64,000 nucleotides of DNA from the NCBI RefSeq assembly GCF_006345805.1, contig NC_042998.1:94550001-94614000 (forward strand). The letters are read 5' to 3'. Under the pieces are notes generated by a model that was given only the letters and a program-made list of their open reading frames with translations, searched no databases and had not been told where the DNA came from. Source of the DNA: Octopus sinensis. Taxonomy: Eukaryota. Shown piece after piece: positions 52,116 through 64,000 of this stretch; the first letter of the stretch is position 1, and every line of letters begins with the position of its first letter. The translations under genes and the position numbers were made by a program.

Positions 52116-52481
52116 GTAACTGGGAGAGGGTGTGTGTGTAGTGAATTGTAGTAATGTGCAGTCATGTCTGTGTGGTTAAAAAGCTTACTTCCCAACCATG
52201 TGATCTTGGGTTCAATCCCGCTGCATTGCAGCTTAGGAAAATTATCATTATTAATGGCTTGAAGGTTGTGATGGTATATAAGTTAGTCTTTTTTGTACCT
52301 TTGACTTAATGAGATCCATTCCGTTGGACTACATATGTTAAAGCTAAAGAGTTCCTCAAACTAAGATTGCAGTTCCAATAAAGATTTCTTAAATTTTCAT
52401 AATCTAGAATAGGATTTCTCATCTAGCTATCTTTACTAATTTTCTCTCTCTTCCCCCCAGCCCACATCACTACCATGTTAA

Positions 52482-53191
52482 CCTTTTCATTACCAACCCA
52501 GCTGAAACCGGCTCTGGCTCTGAGTACAAATGTCTTGTTTTCATAAGTTTTGAATTAAAGTCTCCCATCAAACCTTAGTCACAATTTATGTTCCTAACAC
52601 TAGCTTAAGTTATTTTACTAAATTCTTTATTATATTTAAAGTAATTGAACCACTGAAGGTATCACAACTTGTTCCCATTTTGACAATTGAATTGCAGCCC
52701 CTCAAAATGCATTTCTAGTTGTGGAAGTAATAAATGTTTAAAAAGAAATAACTCTTGCAAGTACCTTTTTGTATGAAAACACTTAGTGGCATTTCTTTGA
52801 GCTCTTTACATTCTGAGTTCAAATCACACTGAGGTCAACTTTTGCTTTTTATCGTTTCGTGGCTGTTAAAATAAAGTACCAATCAAATCCTGGAGTTGAT
52901 GTCATCAACTTGCCATCTCCCCTCAAAACTACTGGCCTAAAATTAGAGTTATTACTGGAAGGTGGTAGTTTAACCATTTAGTATTTAAACCAACCATACT
53001 AGGCCCAAATACTTTACCTCATTCAAGTTTAAACTGGCCCGATTTGACTTCTTGTCTATCCTACATTCTCATTCTAAAAATAAAAACAATCACATCATCA
53101 AAACCTGAAAGATAATGCATAATTAATTCAATACAATATGAATTTAAAAAAAAAGTATTATATTTAATAGTGTAATCTGAATGTTAAAGGG
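52482..53191. mobile_element. MITE P1 fragment (52482-52655), SINE A fragment (about 52780-52950) and MITE P2 (52973-53191)
   Basis: Family-diagnostic bodies; TTAA at the left ends of both MITEs. Confidence 0.75.
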
Positions 53192-53466
53192 TTACTAACC
53201 ATGAAAGCAGTCGATATCACTAGTAAATGACAGTCACATACTTTTATAAAAGAGAGATACTGCTTAGATCAAGAGTACATCTAATCAAATTGGCATATAG
53301 CACTTAGATATGGATTGAACATGTGGACATGGGGTTCAACGGTTTCATTATCCAAATACCGCATTTTGGAGAATGAAATAATGTTGCTGTGCAAGACAAA
53401 CTTAACAATAAGCATAATAATATATACAAAATAAAACTAGGTGACCTAAATTCTTGTTTATTTTAG

Positions 53467-53496
53467 GTCACACCAAACTTGGCTGCTATCTGCTAT
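53467..53496 (+). CDS. Weak candidate 30-nt microexon, phase 1 xHTKLGCYLLx
   Basis: ttcttgtttattttag acceptor and TAT|gttagc donor; multiple of 3. Confidence 0.22.
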
Positions 53497-53751
53497 GTTA
53501 GCATTTTCAACACCCATGCTAGCATGGAAGGCGGACGTTAAACGATGATGATGATGGTAGTCTCTTATGGCATATAACTAATTAGAGGAGGGAATGGGTA
53601 GCCAATAGAAATGGCCCCAGTGTCATACTGGTATTTATTTTATGAAAAATAACAGCACCTCCTGTAGGAATTAAAGCCAAAAATGAGTGACACTAGATCA
53701 CAAAAATAGTCTGATGTGTTTAGTTTCTGACAATTTATCACCCCCAGTAAA

Positions 53752-53802
<51 letters not shown>

Positions 53803-54404
53803 TATATATATAATAAAACATGGTTTAAATTTTATTTTTCATTTGAAGTACATAATGCTATTAAAAAAATAGCATAATATTAGGTTGAAATATTGGCTAG
53901 AAAAATGTTGAAGGGTTTCCTTTGATTTCTTCTATCCCAAAAGGTTTTTTCCAACCCAATATTTTACATGTTGATAGCTTTCTGTGCTTCAAGATCCACT
54001 GTTCCACAAAAAGAATTATTCCAGGTTCTCACAAAAATTCATAAATTCTTACGTTGTCAACTTCAGTGATTACAAATTTTATAGTGACGTTGATAATAAG
54101 GATGTGGATGTTGCACTTCAGTTTTGCTTCATTAAACCAGTGACGCAGAAATTGCCAGTAATTTGTAATCTTTGTATGATGTTCATATGGTTTACCCAAA
54201 GTGAAAGGAATATATGCTGTTTCTTCCCCAATAGAGTTTGTCTGAAATGTTTTTAAGGACTTTTGGAATAGATGGTTTCCTTGACTTCAAAGATTTCTTG
54301 CAATAGGCTTATTTGAGGGTATATAATCTTTTTAAGTTGAATATCTAAAGAAACGTGTTGTTTATTCACTGCATTTTATTTTTATTATGTTATGTTAATA
54401 CTAG

Positions 54405-54532
54405 AGAGATCAATGAAAAGGTTCAGGCTACTCGCCTTCTCTAGAGACAAAGCAAAAAAGACAGTTCACTGCTTCAGTATTGAAGTGGTTTTCCACAGTG
54501 AAGATCTAATGTCAGTTCAAATGAAGTATTAG
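54405..54532 (+). CDS. Weak candidate phase-1 exon xRSMKRFRLLAFSRDKAKKTVHCF... (72-nt cassette to 54476, or terminal to TAG at 54532)
   Basis: T-rich tract ending ctag; 41 open codons in phase 1 while the other two frames close early; donor TCA|gtattg is weak. Confidence 0.25.
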
Positions 54533-55119
54533 AATCTATAACATTATTCTGCTTGTTACGTTATGTGTTCATATGTTATGCTTCAAAGGGAATTAAAAAG
54601 TGTTGCTTCAAAGGGAATCAAAGAGTGATATTTTTTTTCTCCTCAAAAAAAAAAAAAAAAACGTTTTCCAGAGCAAAAAGTGATAGTTTTTTGTTGTTGT
54701 TTTGTTTTATATACACAGGATAAACTTGAATATTTTTGAATAATTGTTAAAACCTATTATTTTTTTTATTACAAATGATCAATGGATCAAACATCTTTCA
54801 ATAATTGTTAAAATCCACTACAACCAGGAAAGGCATAACTCCACATAAACTTCCTTAAATAAGAGTAATTGTGTGCAATGAGCACAGGTGTCTCATTTAT
54901 TTCTGTTTTTCTACTGCTCCTTTTTTTTCTTCTTTTTGCATAGTTCCACAAGGATTCAATATGCTTTTGTCACCCTAGTTGTTTTCCATTTATCCCTTCT
55001 TGTCATAGGCCTGCAACAGTTCAACCTGCCCACCGTGCTATATCTTTTAAAATATCTAAGCTGGTAGCCCACTCTACACTATATACTTTCCTAACATTTA
55101 ACTTTTATCTCTTGTTTCA

Positions 55120-55330
55120 ATCATTCAATTATGGCCATGCTGGATCATAACCTTGAAGAGTTTAGTTGAACAAATGAGCCCCAGTACTTATTTAATCTGT
55201 TTGGTACTTATTCTATTAAGTACTTTTGCTGAACTGCTAAGTTATATGGGACATAAACAAACCAGCAAGGATAGCTAAATGGTGGTGGTGGTGGCAGTGC
55301 AAACGCACACACACACACACAACTGGCTTT
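55120..55330 (-). mobile_element. SINE family B 3' half, antisense
   Basis: cttgtttcaatcattcaattatggccatgctgg...cttattctattaagtacttttgctgaactgctaagtta. Confidence 0.75.
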
Positions 55331-56739
55331 CACACAATTAGTTGACTCTCCAGACATAGCTGAGCCTTACCTGTCTTTGAAATGAAAAATTCCCTTGCTT
55401 GAAAGATTTGTTGACAGGGGTGTGACAACTGACAGCACTGTCTGCAGCACCCTGATTTTTCATAGGAATGCAGAATGTAACCATTCACATACATACACAC
55501 ATGTGCATGCTCACGTGCACATTGTCTCTATGTACCAAATTTACTAGAAAGGTATTAGTTGGCCTAAGGTTATAGGAGACTGAAAGAATCCCATAATATG
55601 TGTGCGGGGTGGGGTTAATTTGTTTGACTAAAATTCTATGATGTCTCAGTATGTCCACAGTCAAATGACTGAAACAAGTAAAAGAATAAAAGAATCATCA
55701 TGATGATTTTCTTTTGACAGCCGATAATGATTATCTGTGGTGCTTTATTGGTAAATGCATCTGCTTGAGAAAACCCAATGTAATGAGTGTAAAATAAGTG
55801 TAAATAACATAGCTGTCCCAGACTATGGTAATAGAGTGACAGTCTGAATGAGAATTTCAAATGTCTGCAATCATTTAGATCTTTTACTTTGTAGCAAAAA
55901 TGGGATTCAATAAAACTCATTGAATGACAGAAAAAAATGATATAGCAAACCCAGAACAAAGTAACCCAGTGTTTGTGCATCAAAAGTATAGACATACCTT
56001 ATTGTATTCTTTGGTATGAATCATGGACTGTCTTAGCACAGCTTTAAAACTGTACACTTAATGAACATCCAGTTAACTTGTAAAATGGATACTAAATGTG
56101 TAAATATATGAAAAGAAATTGTGCCTAAACCGAATAAATGTACTGATTTATGTATTTTCTCACCCATATTTTCGTATCAAGAGGATTCCCTGTCCTTTTT
56201 TTTTTAAAGTTGCTTTTATGAAGTAAAGAGAATGCACAACATGACGACATATGCTGAGCAATTCTACTTACGTGCAAACACTTTATCGCTTTATAAAAAC
56301 ACAAAAATATTTACAAAAAAGATCTAATGTAAAATAAACATTTATACATGCATGTACACACAACATATGAATCTAATTTTAATTGAGTATAATAAATTCT
56401 TGAGACACATTTGAAACCATATATCTGAAATTTTTGTTTATTGTCTGTTATAATGCAAAATTAATAGATACTCTTGTATGTGACCTTAAGGTTTGAAGCA
56501 AAGAATCATCTGGTTTTATTTAAATCTTCGAACTCAGAATAAGTGACAGTATTGAGAAAATACCTAAATGGATTAGCATCTAGTAATGGTAAAAATAATG
56601 CAGAAGCTTCACTTGTGATATGATCATAAATGAGCCATTTCTTCTTAGCATTCTTAAGTAATCACTATTTGTCACTGTTCATTTCTTATGTTTTAATTAA
56701 GACATTACCTTTAAAGTAAGCATCATCATTTATTCTGTG

Positions 56740-57545
56740 TGGCATGGCTGTGTGGTTATGATTTATGATCCAGTTCCACTGTGCAGCATTCTTGTCATAT
56801 GTTTTCTGCTTTAGCCATGGGCCAATCAGTGCTGTAATACTGAATTTGATAGAAGCTGGAAATACATTATATGTGTGTGTATATGTACATATATGTGCAC
56901 GGTACCTGAGTTTACATCTCCAGTAACTTAGTGGTTCAGCAAAAAGCTGGCATAAGTATCAGACTTTTAAAAATTAAGTACTAGGTTGATTTGTTTGACT
57001 AGATCCTTCAAGGCAGTGCCCCAGGGTGGCAGTAGTTCAATGATTAAAACAATGGATCTCCATATGTGGATTTGGCTGAATGCATGTAATTTTTACTATC
57101 TCTGTAATTTTTTTTGTTCCAATGCCACCCTTAGTTTACTCTAATTTTTTTTTTTAAGTCTCTAGTTTCAACATATGCTAATCTTAATAAACATTTAGAA
57201 AAGGCAACGAGCTGGCAGAAACGTTGGCATGCCAGGCGAAATGCTTAGCAGTATTTCGTCTGTCGTTACGTTGTGAGTTCAAATTCTGCCAAGGTCGACT
57301 TTGCCTTTCATCCTTTCGGGGTCAATTAAATAAGTACCAGTTATGCACTGGGGTCGATATAATCGACTTAATCCGTGTGTCTGTCCTTGTTTGTCCTCTC
57401 TGCGTTTAGCCCCTTGTGGGTAGTAAAGAAATAAGTATTTCGTCTGTCTTTATGTTCTGAGTTCAAATTCCACTGAGGTTTATCTAATCGACTGGCCCCC
57501 TTCCCCAAAAAATTCAAGCTTTCTGCCTAGAGTAGAAAAGAATAA
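56740..57545 (+). mobile_element. Decayed SINE B (56740-57050) and young SINE A with a partial second copy (57203-57545)
   Basis: aaggcaacgagctggcagaaacgttggcatgccaggcgaaatgcttagcagtatttcgtc...ggtcgactttgcctttcatcctttcgggg with CpGs retained. Confidence 0.9.
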
Positions 57546-58974
57546 ACATTTAAAAAAATAGTTTCATTGCATCTAGGAAATGGCCATTTTATATGAATTG
57601 CTTGAAATATCAAGTCTTCAACAATGGCACCAAATATATTTTTGAACCTATGTCTTGCTAAAGAATTTTTCAACTTCCATATCTTCCCTCTCCAGATTGT
57701 CTTTTGTCTGAGTCCAACACTAATTATTAGTTTATGTTGATGGGTACATCATTCTTCACCATGAAAAGACATAATATCCATACCCAACTGCAGGCACTGA
57801 GATTTTCTGTCAACTGCAGTGTTGGTGTGGTATGTTTGAAGCTGCCCCTGCCTCCTTTTCTTTGCTTTTCTTTTTGCTTATTAGGGTCAACTATTAAAGT
57901 TATGTAATTCTATGTTACTCTCTGGAATGCTTTGTCAATTGTATCTTGTTTCCTGTTGAATATGAAGTCTATCTTGTCATAAAGCCTCAGATTGCCTTTG
58001 ACTCGGTGTCATATATTCTGGTATTTGATACAGTGTCTTTAGGCATCTTTAATACTTTTTATAATTATGTATTTTATCATTTTGTCACAAACCACCTTTT
58101 CTTTTTCTTTCTTTCTTTCTTTTTTTTTTTTCTTTTTTGCAAGTAGGGTAAGATTTTGTAGCATTAATTACCATTCTCAAGGACATTAAAAGTGAAGTGA
58201 ATTAGCTTACTTTAAATCTTATTCTACAGTAGTGCAGCTCTCAATATTTTGAGGTTTCACTTAACTCAGACTATTATCAAAATTGAAATGCACAATAAAA
58301 ACATTTCTTTCTCTTTCTTTCTGCTCAGAGAACTGCTGCTACTAAAAAAATCTAGTTTTTAAAAAAAGTTTATTCTTTTTTTTTTTATTACTAATTTTAT
58401 GATTTTATTCTTAGAATGTGAAAAGACATTTTAAGTATTTTTCTTTCTGGGGTTTTCTTTCTTTATTTCAATTTTTTCTTCATTGATTTCAATTTTTATT
58501 AAAATTTGTGCACAAATTTTTACTTCTGGGTCTTGCATGAGCCAGTCAAGGAGCCTGTACTAGAATTAGCAGCTAAATCCCCTCAAACTGTTTCTTACCA
58601 TCATCAAAAAATAAAGATGTTGAAAAATTCAATTTTTAAAACAATAGACATAATAATATAAGTGGTGAGGGACTGAATGATCATGGTTAGAATATTAGCT
58701 GTACAAGAAAATAATAAATTTGTAAAATAAAAATATGCAAAATCAGTAACAAGCCTGAACCAAATAACAAAATTTTGAAGCCGAGGCCTTTGTAAAACAG
58801 TCAAGAATGTTAAAAAATAGAAATATCCCAACAAAAAATTTATATACATACCAACAGACAACACAGAGTGTCAAACATGCTCCAAGTCACAACAAAACCA
58901 CACAGAAAACCAAGGCATCATCATCATCCTCGTTATATTTTACATTTATTTTTCCAAACTGGTATCGGTTAGAC

Positions 58975-59692
58975 CAGAGGTTTTCAATGTGGTCAATGTT
59001 GCTCTGAACATAATTAACATGGGTGCAGGCATGGCTGTGTGGTACGTTGCCTGCTCACTGGTTTCAGTCCCATTGCATGGCACCTTGGACAAGTGTCCTC
59101 TACTCTAGGCCTTGGGCGGACTAAACCCTTGCGAGTGGATTTGGTAGATGGAAAGTAAAAGAAGCCCGTCGTATATGTATATATGTATGTGTGTGTGTGT
59201 CTATTTGTCTCCCCACCATCACTTGACAATCAATGTTGGTGTGTTTACATCCCCATAACTCAGTGATTCGGCAAAAGAAACCGATACAACAAATACTAGG
59301 CTTACAAAAAATAAGCTTTGGGGTTGATTTGTTTGACTAAAAGCAGTGCTCCAGCACTGAAACAAATAAAGAATACTAAATTTCACCTATAATAGTAATT
59401 ATGTTATACACAATAAAACTAATAATGGTTATTAAAATAAAATGAGTTCTCACTGGGCACAGGGAAATCATTCGTTTGCAATGTATAAAGTAAATTTACA
59501 ACTTTTGTCTCCATTGATTTTTATCATTTCACTGTTAAAAGCTTATTCAGTCTATTTTTAGAATAAAATTTAGAAATTATCAACCATGTTAAGTTAGTTT
59601 ATTCATGGTACTTTACTTGTCACTTACATGGGCGCTAGACATAACAACTACTGAAGTAGAGGATACAAAAAAACGTTGGTTAAGAACCACTG
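58975..59692. mobile_element. hAT (Charlie-like) MITE with 8-bp TSD, carrying a SINE B (59021-59365)
   Basis: GGTTAGAC|CAGAGGTTTTCAA ... TTAAGAACCACTG|GGTTAGAT: 7/8 TSD with central TA and CAG..CTG ends. Confidence 0.8.
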
Positions 59693-59719
59693 GGTTAGAT
59701 GAAGGTTGGGGAAAATTTC

Positions 59720-59885
59720 CTACAGCCTGGTATGTAAAAAGCACCCACTACACTCACTGAGTGGTTGGCGTTAGGAAGGGCATCTAGCTGTAGAAACCCT
59801 GCCAGATCAGACTGGAGCCTGGTGCAGCCTCCTGGCTTCCCAGACTCATGGAAAACAAACGTTAAATGATGGTGGTGGTGGTGGT
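59720..59885 (+). mobile_element. SINE family C
   Basis: aaaagcacccactacactcactgagtggttggcgttaggaagggcatctagctgtagaaac...gttaaatgatgg. Confidence 0.88.
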
Positions 59886-61208
59886 TGTTTTTTTTTTTGT
59901 TTTTTTTTGGCCTGTTGCCAACTCTTTCCTGCTTTCCAAGTAAGGTATTTTCTTTCCACTGGTCCTGACACATGGAAAGCAATGTAGCTGAGATTTCTGC
60001 TTTTCTGGGGATAGAAACAAAGACCACTTCCTTTTTTTTCTTTTTGTACAAACTCTGCCAGCTCACTATAATAACTATTATAATTCTTTATAATTTGCCC
60101 AAGGTGCCACGCAGTGGGGCTGAACCCAGTTGGGAAGCAAGCTTCCTACCATACAGCCACACCTGCACCTACTATTAATAATATATTTTTATAATCAAAT
60201 ATTATTAAGAATTATATATAAAAAAAGATTAAAATATTTTGTGTACTGTAGAAGTATAACCAAAACACATTGCAATGCAGCACTTTGTCATGTAATTAAG
60301 AAACTTCCTCACTATTCTATATGGTTGTCACATTGCAATGAGGCAAGAAAGAAACCTATAACAGGGAACCCTTCATCATGATTACACCCTGGGAAGAGAG
60401 GACAGGCCATACTTCCTCTACCTCTGAAACAACACACCTAAGTGTCTTACTCACCTGACAACAATAACTCCTTTCTAGGTTATATTCTTTATACACTAAC
60501 ACACCTATTTACCACAATCATATTGCAAACAATTTATAACACTCCTCTAATCACCTGCTCATCATGATCATGATCATCATCATCACAGTGCATTCACACA
60601 TCAACAGACAAAGCGAACACTTTGCCAAAGCTTAATGGAACCAGTTCTATCTACTAAGGACAAATTGCATCATCTTACAATTACATACAGGATTCAACAA
60701 CGCCACAGTCATTAATATAGATAATAATTCAGTGCATACACACAGAAAATAATTGCAGAAACTGAAGTAATAGACGTAATAAAAATAAGGACAACCTCAA
60801 ACATAACTGAACAACAATACGTTTAACAAAAAATAAAAAAAATTTAAGTTACTCAATGAGAATATAGAGAAGAAAATAAACCAAAGGAAAAGTAGAAAAT
60901 GGGTAAACGTTGCTATTATTTAACATAAACCACCAATAGTAAAACACTGTGCAAAGTAATTGACAGGACATCAAGAAACTCTGAAAAAGACCACACCTAA
61001 TCACACTTCATAATAGTATCTTGAAGTCACATACATTTCAGTAGCAAGTAAACTTGTCAACTATTTTTCCATATCAGTCACTAAACATTATATAAAGGAC
61101 ATGAAAAAGTAAAACACATGATACTTTCTACTTAGACCTTGGCCCACTTTTTATATCAAATATCAGAAAAGCAGTAAGGAAATAATGAGAAAAAAAATTT
61201 TTTCTTAA

Positions 61209-61413
61209 CCCTTTAAACCAGTAATATCTGGGCCAAAATATTCTACCCATTTTATATTCAAACTGGTCAGATCTGGCCTCTAAGACCTTCCTTACAATGT
61301 CATTCTTAAAATGAATAATTACATCATCAAATTCTCAAAAGCTATGAAATATGATTAATTCCGTGTAAATAAATAAGCATTACATTAGACAGAATAATCT
61401 GAACTCTAAAGAG
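61209..61413. mobile_element. MITE P2
   Basis: TTAA|CCCTTTAAACC ... CTAAAGAG|TTAA. Confidence 0.85.
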
Positions 61414-62209
61414 TTAAACTTTAGCACTTAACCAAATCACAAATGTATTCATAAAATATAGGGAGTTACTGCACCCTTCAACATTTTTGACAATTTTTAT
61501 TATGAGCCAATGAGGGAACCTCTACACCAGAGTTTCTCAAGCATTTTCATCCTATGCCTCACTTCAATTTCCAAATAAATGCATGTCCCACAATGAAAGA
61601 ATCATGTTAGTATATAGCAAATATATAGATATTCAAAAAATGTTGTTAATTTAAACTTTACTGCAAGTTTTATTCGCTTGTTACTTACACCCCATTAGTG
61701 AAGCAGGCACTCTGCTATGAGAATTGACATGTTGGAATTAGCAGCCAAATCAAACTTAATTCACACCCTATCATCTTGACAAAGGACAGGTTGAATTCTA
61801 TAATCCTAGTTATGATGTATCTCAAAAAGGAAAATTGGAAGACATGGTTGGAATATCTTTAATCATTGATGTATAGCATCAGAGCAGAACTGGGATACAA
61901 TTATTATTCTTTCCAATATTGCTAATTCCACAGAATCTGGAAATTGAGTAAAATAATTGCATCTCTAAAACTTAATTAAAACCCAGCCAAAGTATTGTTC
62001 TACAGATGCATTATTATTTAAACCTTAAAAAATCCTAGAAAAATTAATTAAATATTACTAATGCAAATTTCCCTTTCCTGCCCATGACACCCTCAACTCT
62101 TAATCATACAGTCTCGTTCAAAGAATACAGGATGACTTCAACAGAGAAGCTCTACACACATTATTTTAATGATCATCAACATCAGTACAACTTTTAACTC
62201 AATTGCTTT

Positions 62210-62415
62210 CAAATTTTGGTACAGGGCCAGCAATTTCAAGGGAGGGGTTAAGTTGGTTACATTGACTCCACTGCTCAACTGGTACTTATTTTATTGCCCC
62301 TGAAAGGATAAAAGGCGAAGTCAACCTCGGTGAAATTTGAACTCAGAATGTAACGATGGACAAAATGTCACTAAACATTTTGTTCAGCATGTTAACAATT
62401 CTGCCAGCTTGCTGC
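62210..62415 (-). mobile_element. SINE family A
   Basis: tggtacttattttattgccc...aacctcggtgaaatttgaactcagaa...aacaattctgccagcttgctgc. Confidence 0.85.
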
Positions 62416-62675
62416 TTTAGTTACAAACAAAAATGTTAAATCACCATCTTTTGTTTTTTACTTGTTTCAGTCAAAGGGTTAAATACAACCAGCCATCAAA
62501 AAGTTTCTACATGTTTGAACCAGTAGCTAAATTGCACCAGGTTACACCTGTCTTAAAAAATGATAGAATGTACATTAGATAATGTACTGTCAGATCTCAC
62601 CTATGTAATATAGTGAGCTGAAGGACTTTGAGCTTATCCATCCAAATATTGAACTCCCTTTTAGAGAATGTTTAA

Positions 62676-62896
62676 CCCTTCTGATACCAACCCGCTTGAA
62701 AATGCCCTTGCTCTGTTATACAAATGTCTTGTTTTCAAAAGTTCTGAATTAAAATCTTACACCAAACCTAAGTCATAATTTATGTTCCTAACACTAGCTT
62801 AATGATAACTAAGTTATTTTACTAAATTCTTTGTTATATTTAAAATTAATTTAAAGAAATACAGAGCATCTCAATAGAAATACGGCAACAAAAGGG
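62676..62896. mobile_element. MITE P1 with intact TTAA at both ends
   Basis: TTAA|CCCTTCTGATACC ... GGCAACAAAAGGG|TTAA. Confidence 0.9.
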
Positions 62897-63279
62897 TTAA
62901 AATCTAAAAATAACAAAAAATAAAGAAGATAACATCAGTAACATGCTTATCAAATTTCTTTTTTAGAATATTTATATTCTACAACTTGGCTCTTGTCCTT
63001 TAAAGCCCATTGAGTGAATGCAACAGACAGCTTTCAGCCTTATTAGATTTTCTCAGTGGGCAAGACTTACAAAATTATAGGAATGTTATGATGAACGAAA
63101 TAGCTGAAGGAAAATCTGCATACTAAATACAAATATGGTAAGATCTCGTTGAGAGTGCAGTCCTAGAGATATCAAATGGCAGTATGGTAGTTGTTGGAAT
63201 GCCTTTGATCACAGCTCTGCTTGATCTTGGTTGACCTGGGGCTAAACAACAGCATACACACAAACACATCTCATTATAA

Positions 63280-63600
63280 ACTACAAAGAGCACAAGACAG
63301 AAAAACCTGGCATCGTTACAAACTGCACACAGACCACACCCAAATAGAATAAAAACACTCTAATGGAAAGACCATCTAGACATCTAAGTATCAACCCACA
63401 CTGCCTGCCGCTCCATGTTCAATTAACCCTCAATCACCCAGTCACATCTCTAACTCCACACAACACTGTTACAACACAAGCCTAAGAACATTCTCTTTCC
63501 TATTTACTCCAAACAACTATGACAAAGACTTAAGACAAAAATGTGTTAAGGTAGAGATGCACATCACCACAGGCATGTGCTGAAGAACTACAACTGTCAT
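63280..63600 (+). mobile_element. Possible decayed LINE 3' fragment (I/Jockey-like)
   Basis: A/C-rich; fragments KLHTDHT, LSINPHC and QSPSHI loosely resemble LRTGH...DPxCxxC...ExxxH. Many disruptions. Confidence 0.3.
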
Positions 63601-64000
63601 TTGATCAATGACCTACATGCTGATGGCTATACAACAACTGGGTTTAGCAGAAAAAAGCTCTAAGATGAATATCAAAATGGGGATTGCTACTGTTAGTCTT
63701 TCTCTACTTATTTTCAGTTCCACATTTGGAAAGTTTCCTATAATTTATTTCCTAAATATATTTTTGTTTTTATCATTTGGACAAACAACATCAATCATTA
63801 TGTACGGAAAGTAATGTTGCAGAGATATTATACAATATAATGAAATCATCTGTTTGGTTTTCTAGACAAGTATTTCCTAAAGCAGCTTCATGACACTAGA
63901 AGTTAGTTTTATATCTCAGAGAACCATATATGGTACCTCCATTTGTATGTCCCTTCAACCCTGTGGCCTCTTAACTGCCTACTTTTAGGGACATGCTATC

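Noticed and set aside
11579-53496. Naming the host gene as slo/BK, NCX, CaMKII or a Cav beta subunit
   Set aside because: Only architectural analogy and short chance-level peptide resemblances; no conserved constitutive exon of any of these is present in the window.

Overview
AT-rich (roughly one-third GC by eye), repeat-dense eukaryotic DNA, most likely from an Octopus genome. That assignment rests on SINE families and microsatellite style recalled from memory and was not checked by search. No ORF in the supplied track encodes a recognisable cellular protein; the long ORFs are microsatellite artefacts. The window holds a decayed mariner with both TIRs, TTAA-flanked piggyBac-type MITEs (two families), a hAT MITE with an 8-bp TSD, Helitron/Helentron-like elements, four SINE-like families, decayed LINE fragments, very large micro/minisatellites and a near-perfect 420-bp tandem duplication. 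Between the repeats, TE-poor islands (11.5-14.1, 42.7-43.5, 46.6, 51.8-52.1 kb) carry strong + strand polypyrimidine-YAG acceptors followed 13-63 nt later by GT donors. The 24, 48, 33 and 63-nt candidates are all multiples of 3, and phase 1 is the only phase open in all four. A 13-nt plus 23-nt pair also restores phase 1. My reading is that this is the interior of one very large + strand gene with a dispersed array of microexons, candidate recursive (AG|GT) splice sites and RNA-structure elements. The host gene cannot be identified from the sequence, and every exon call is an inference that needs RNA-seq.
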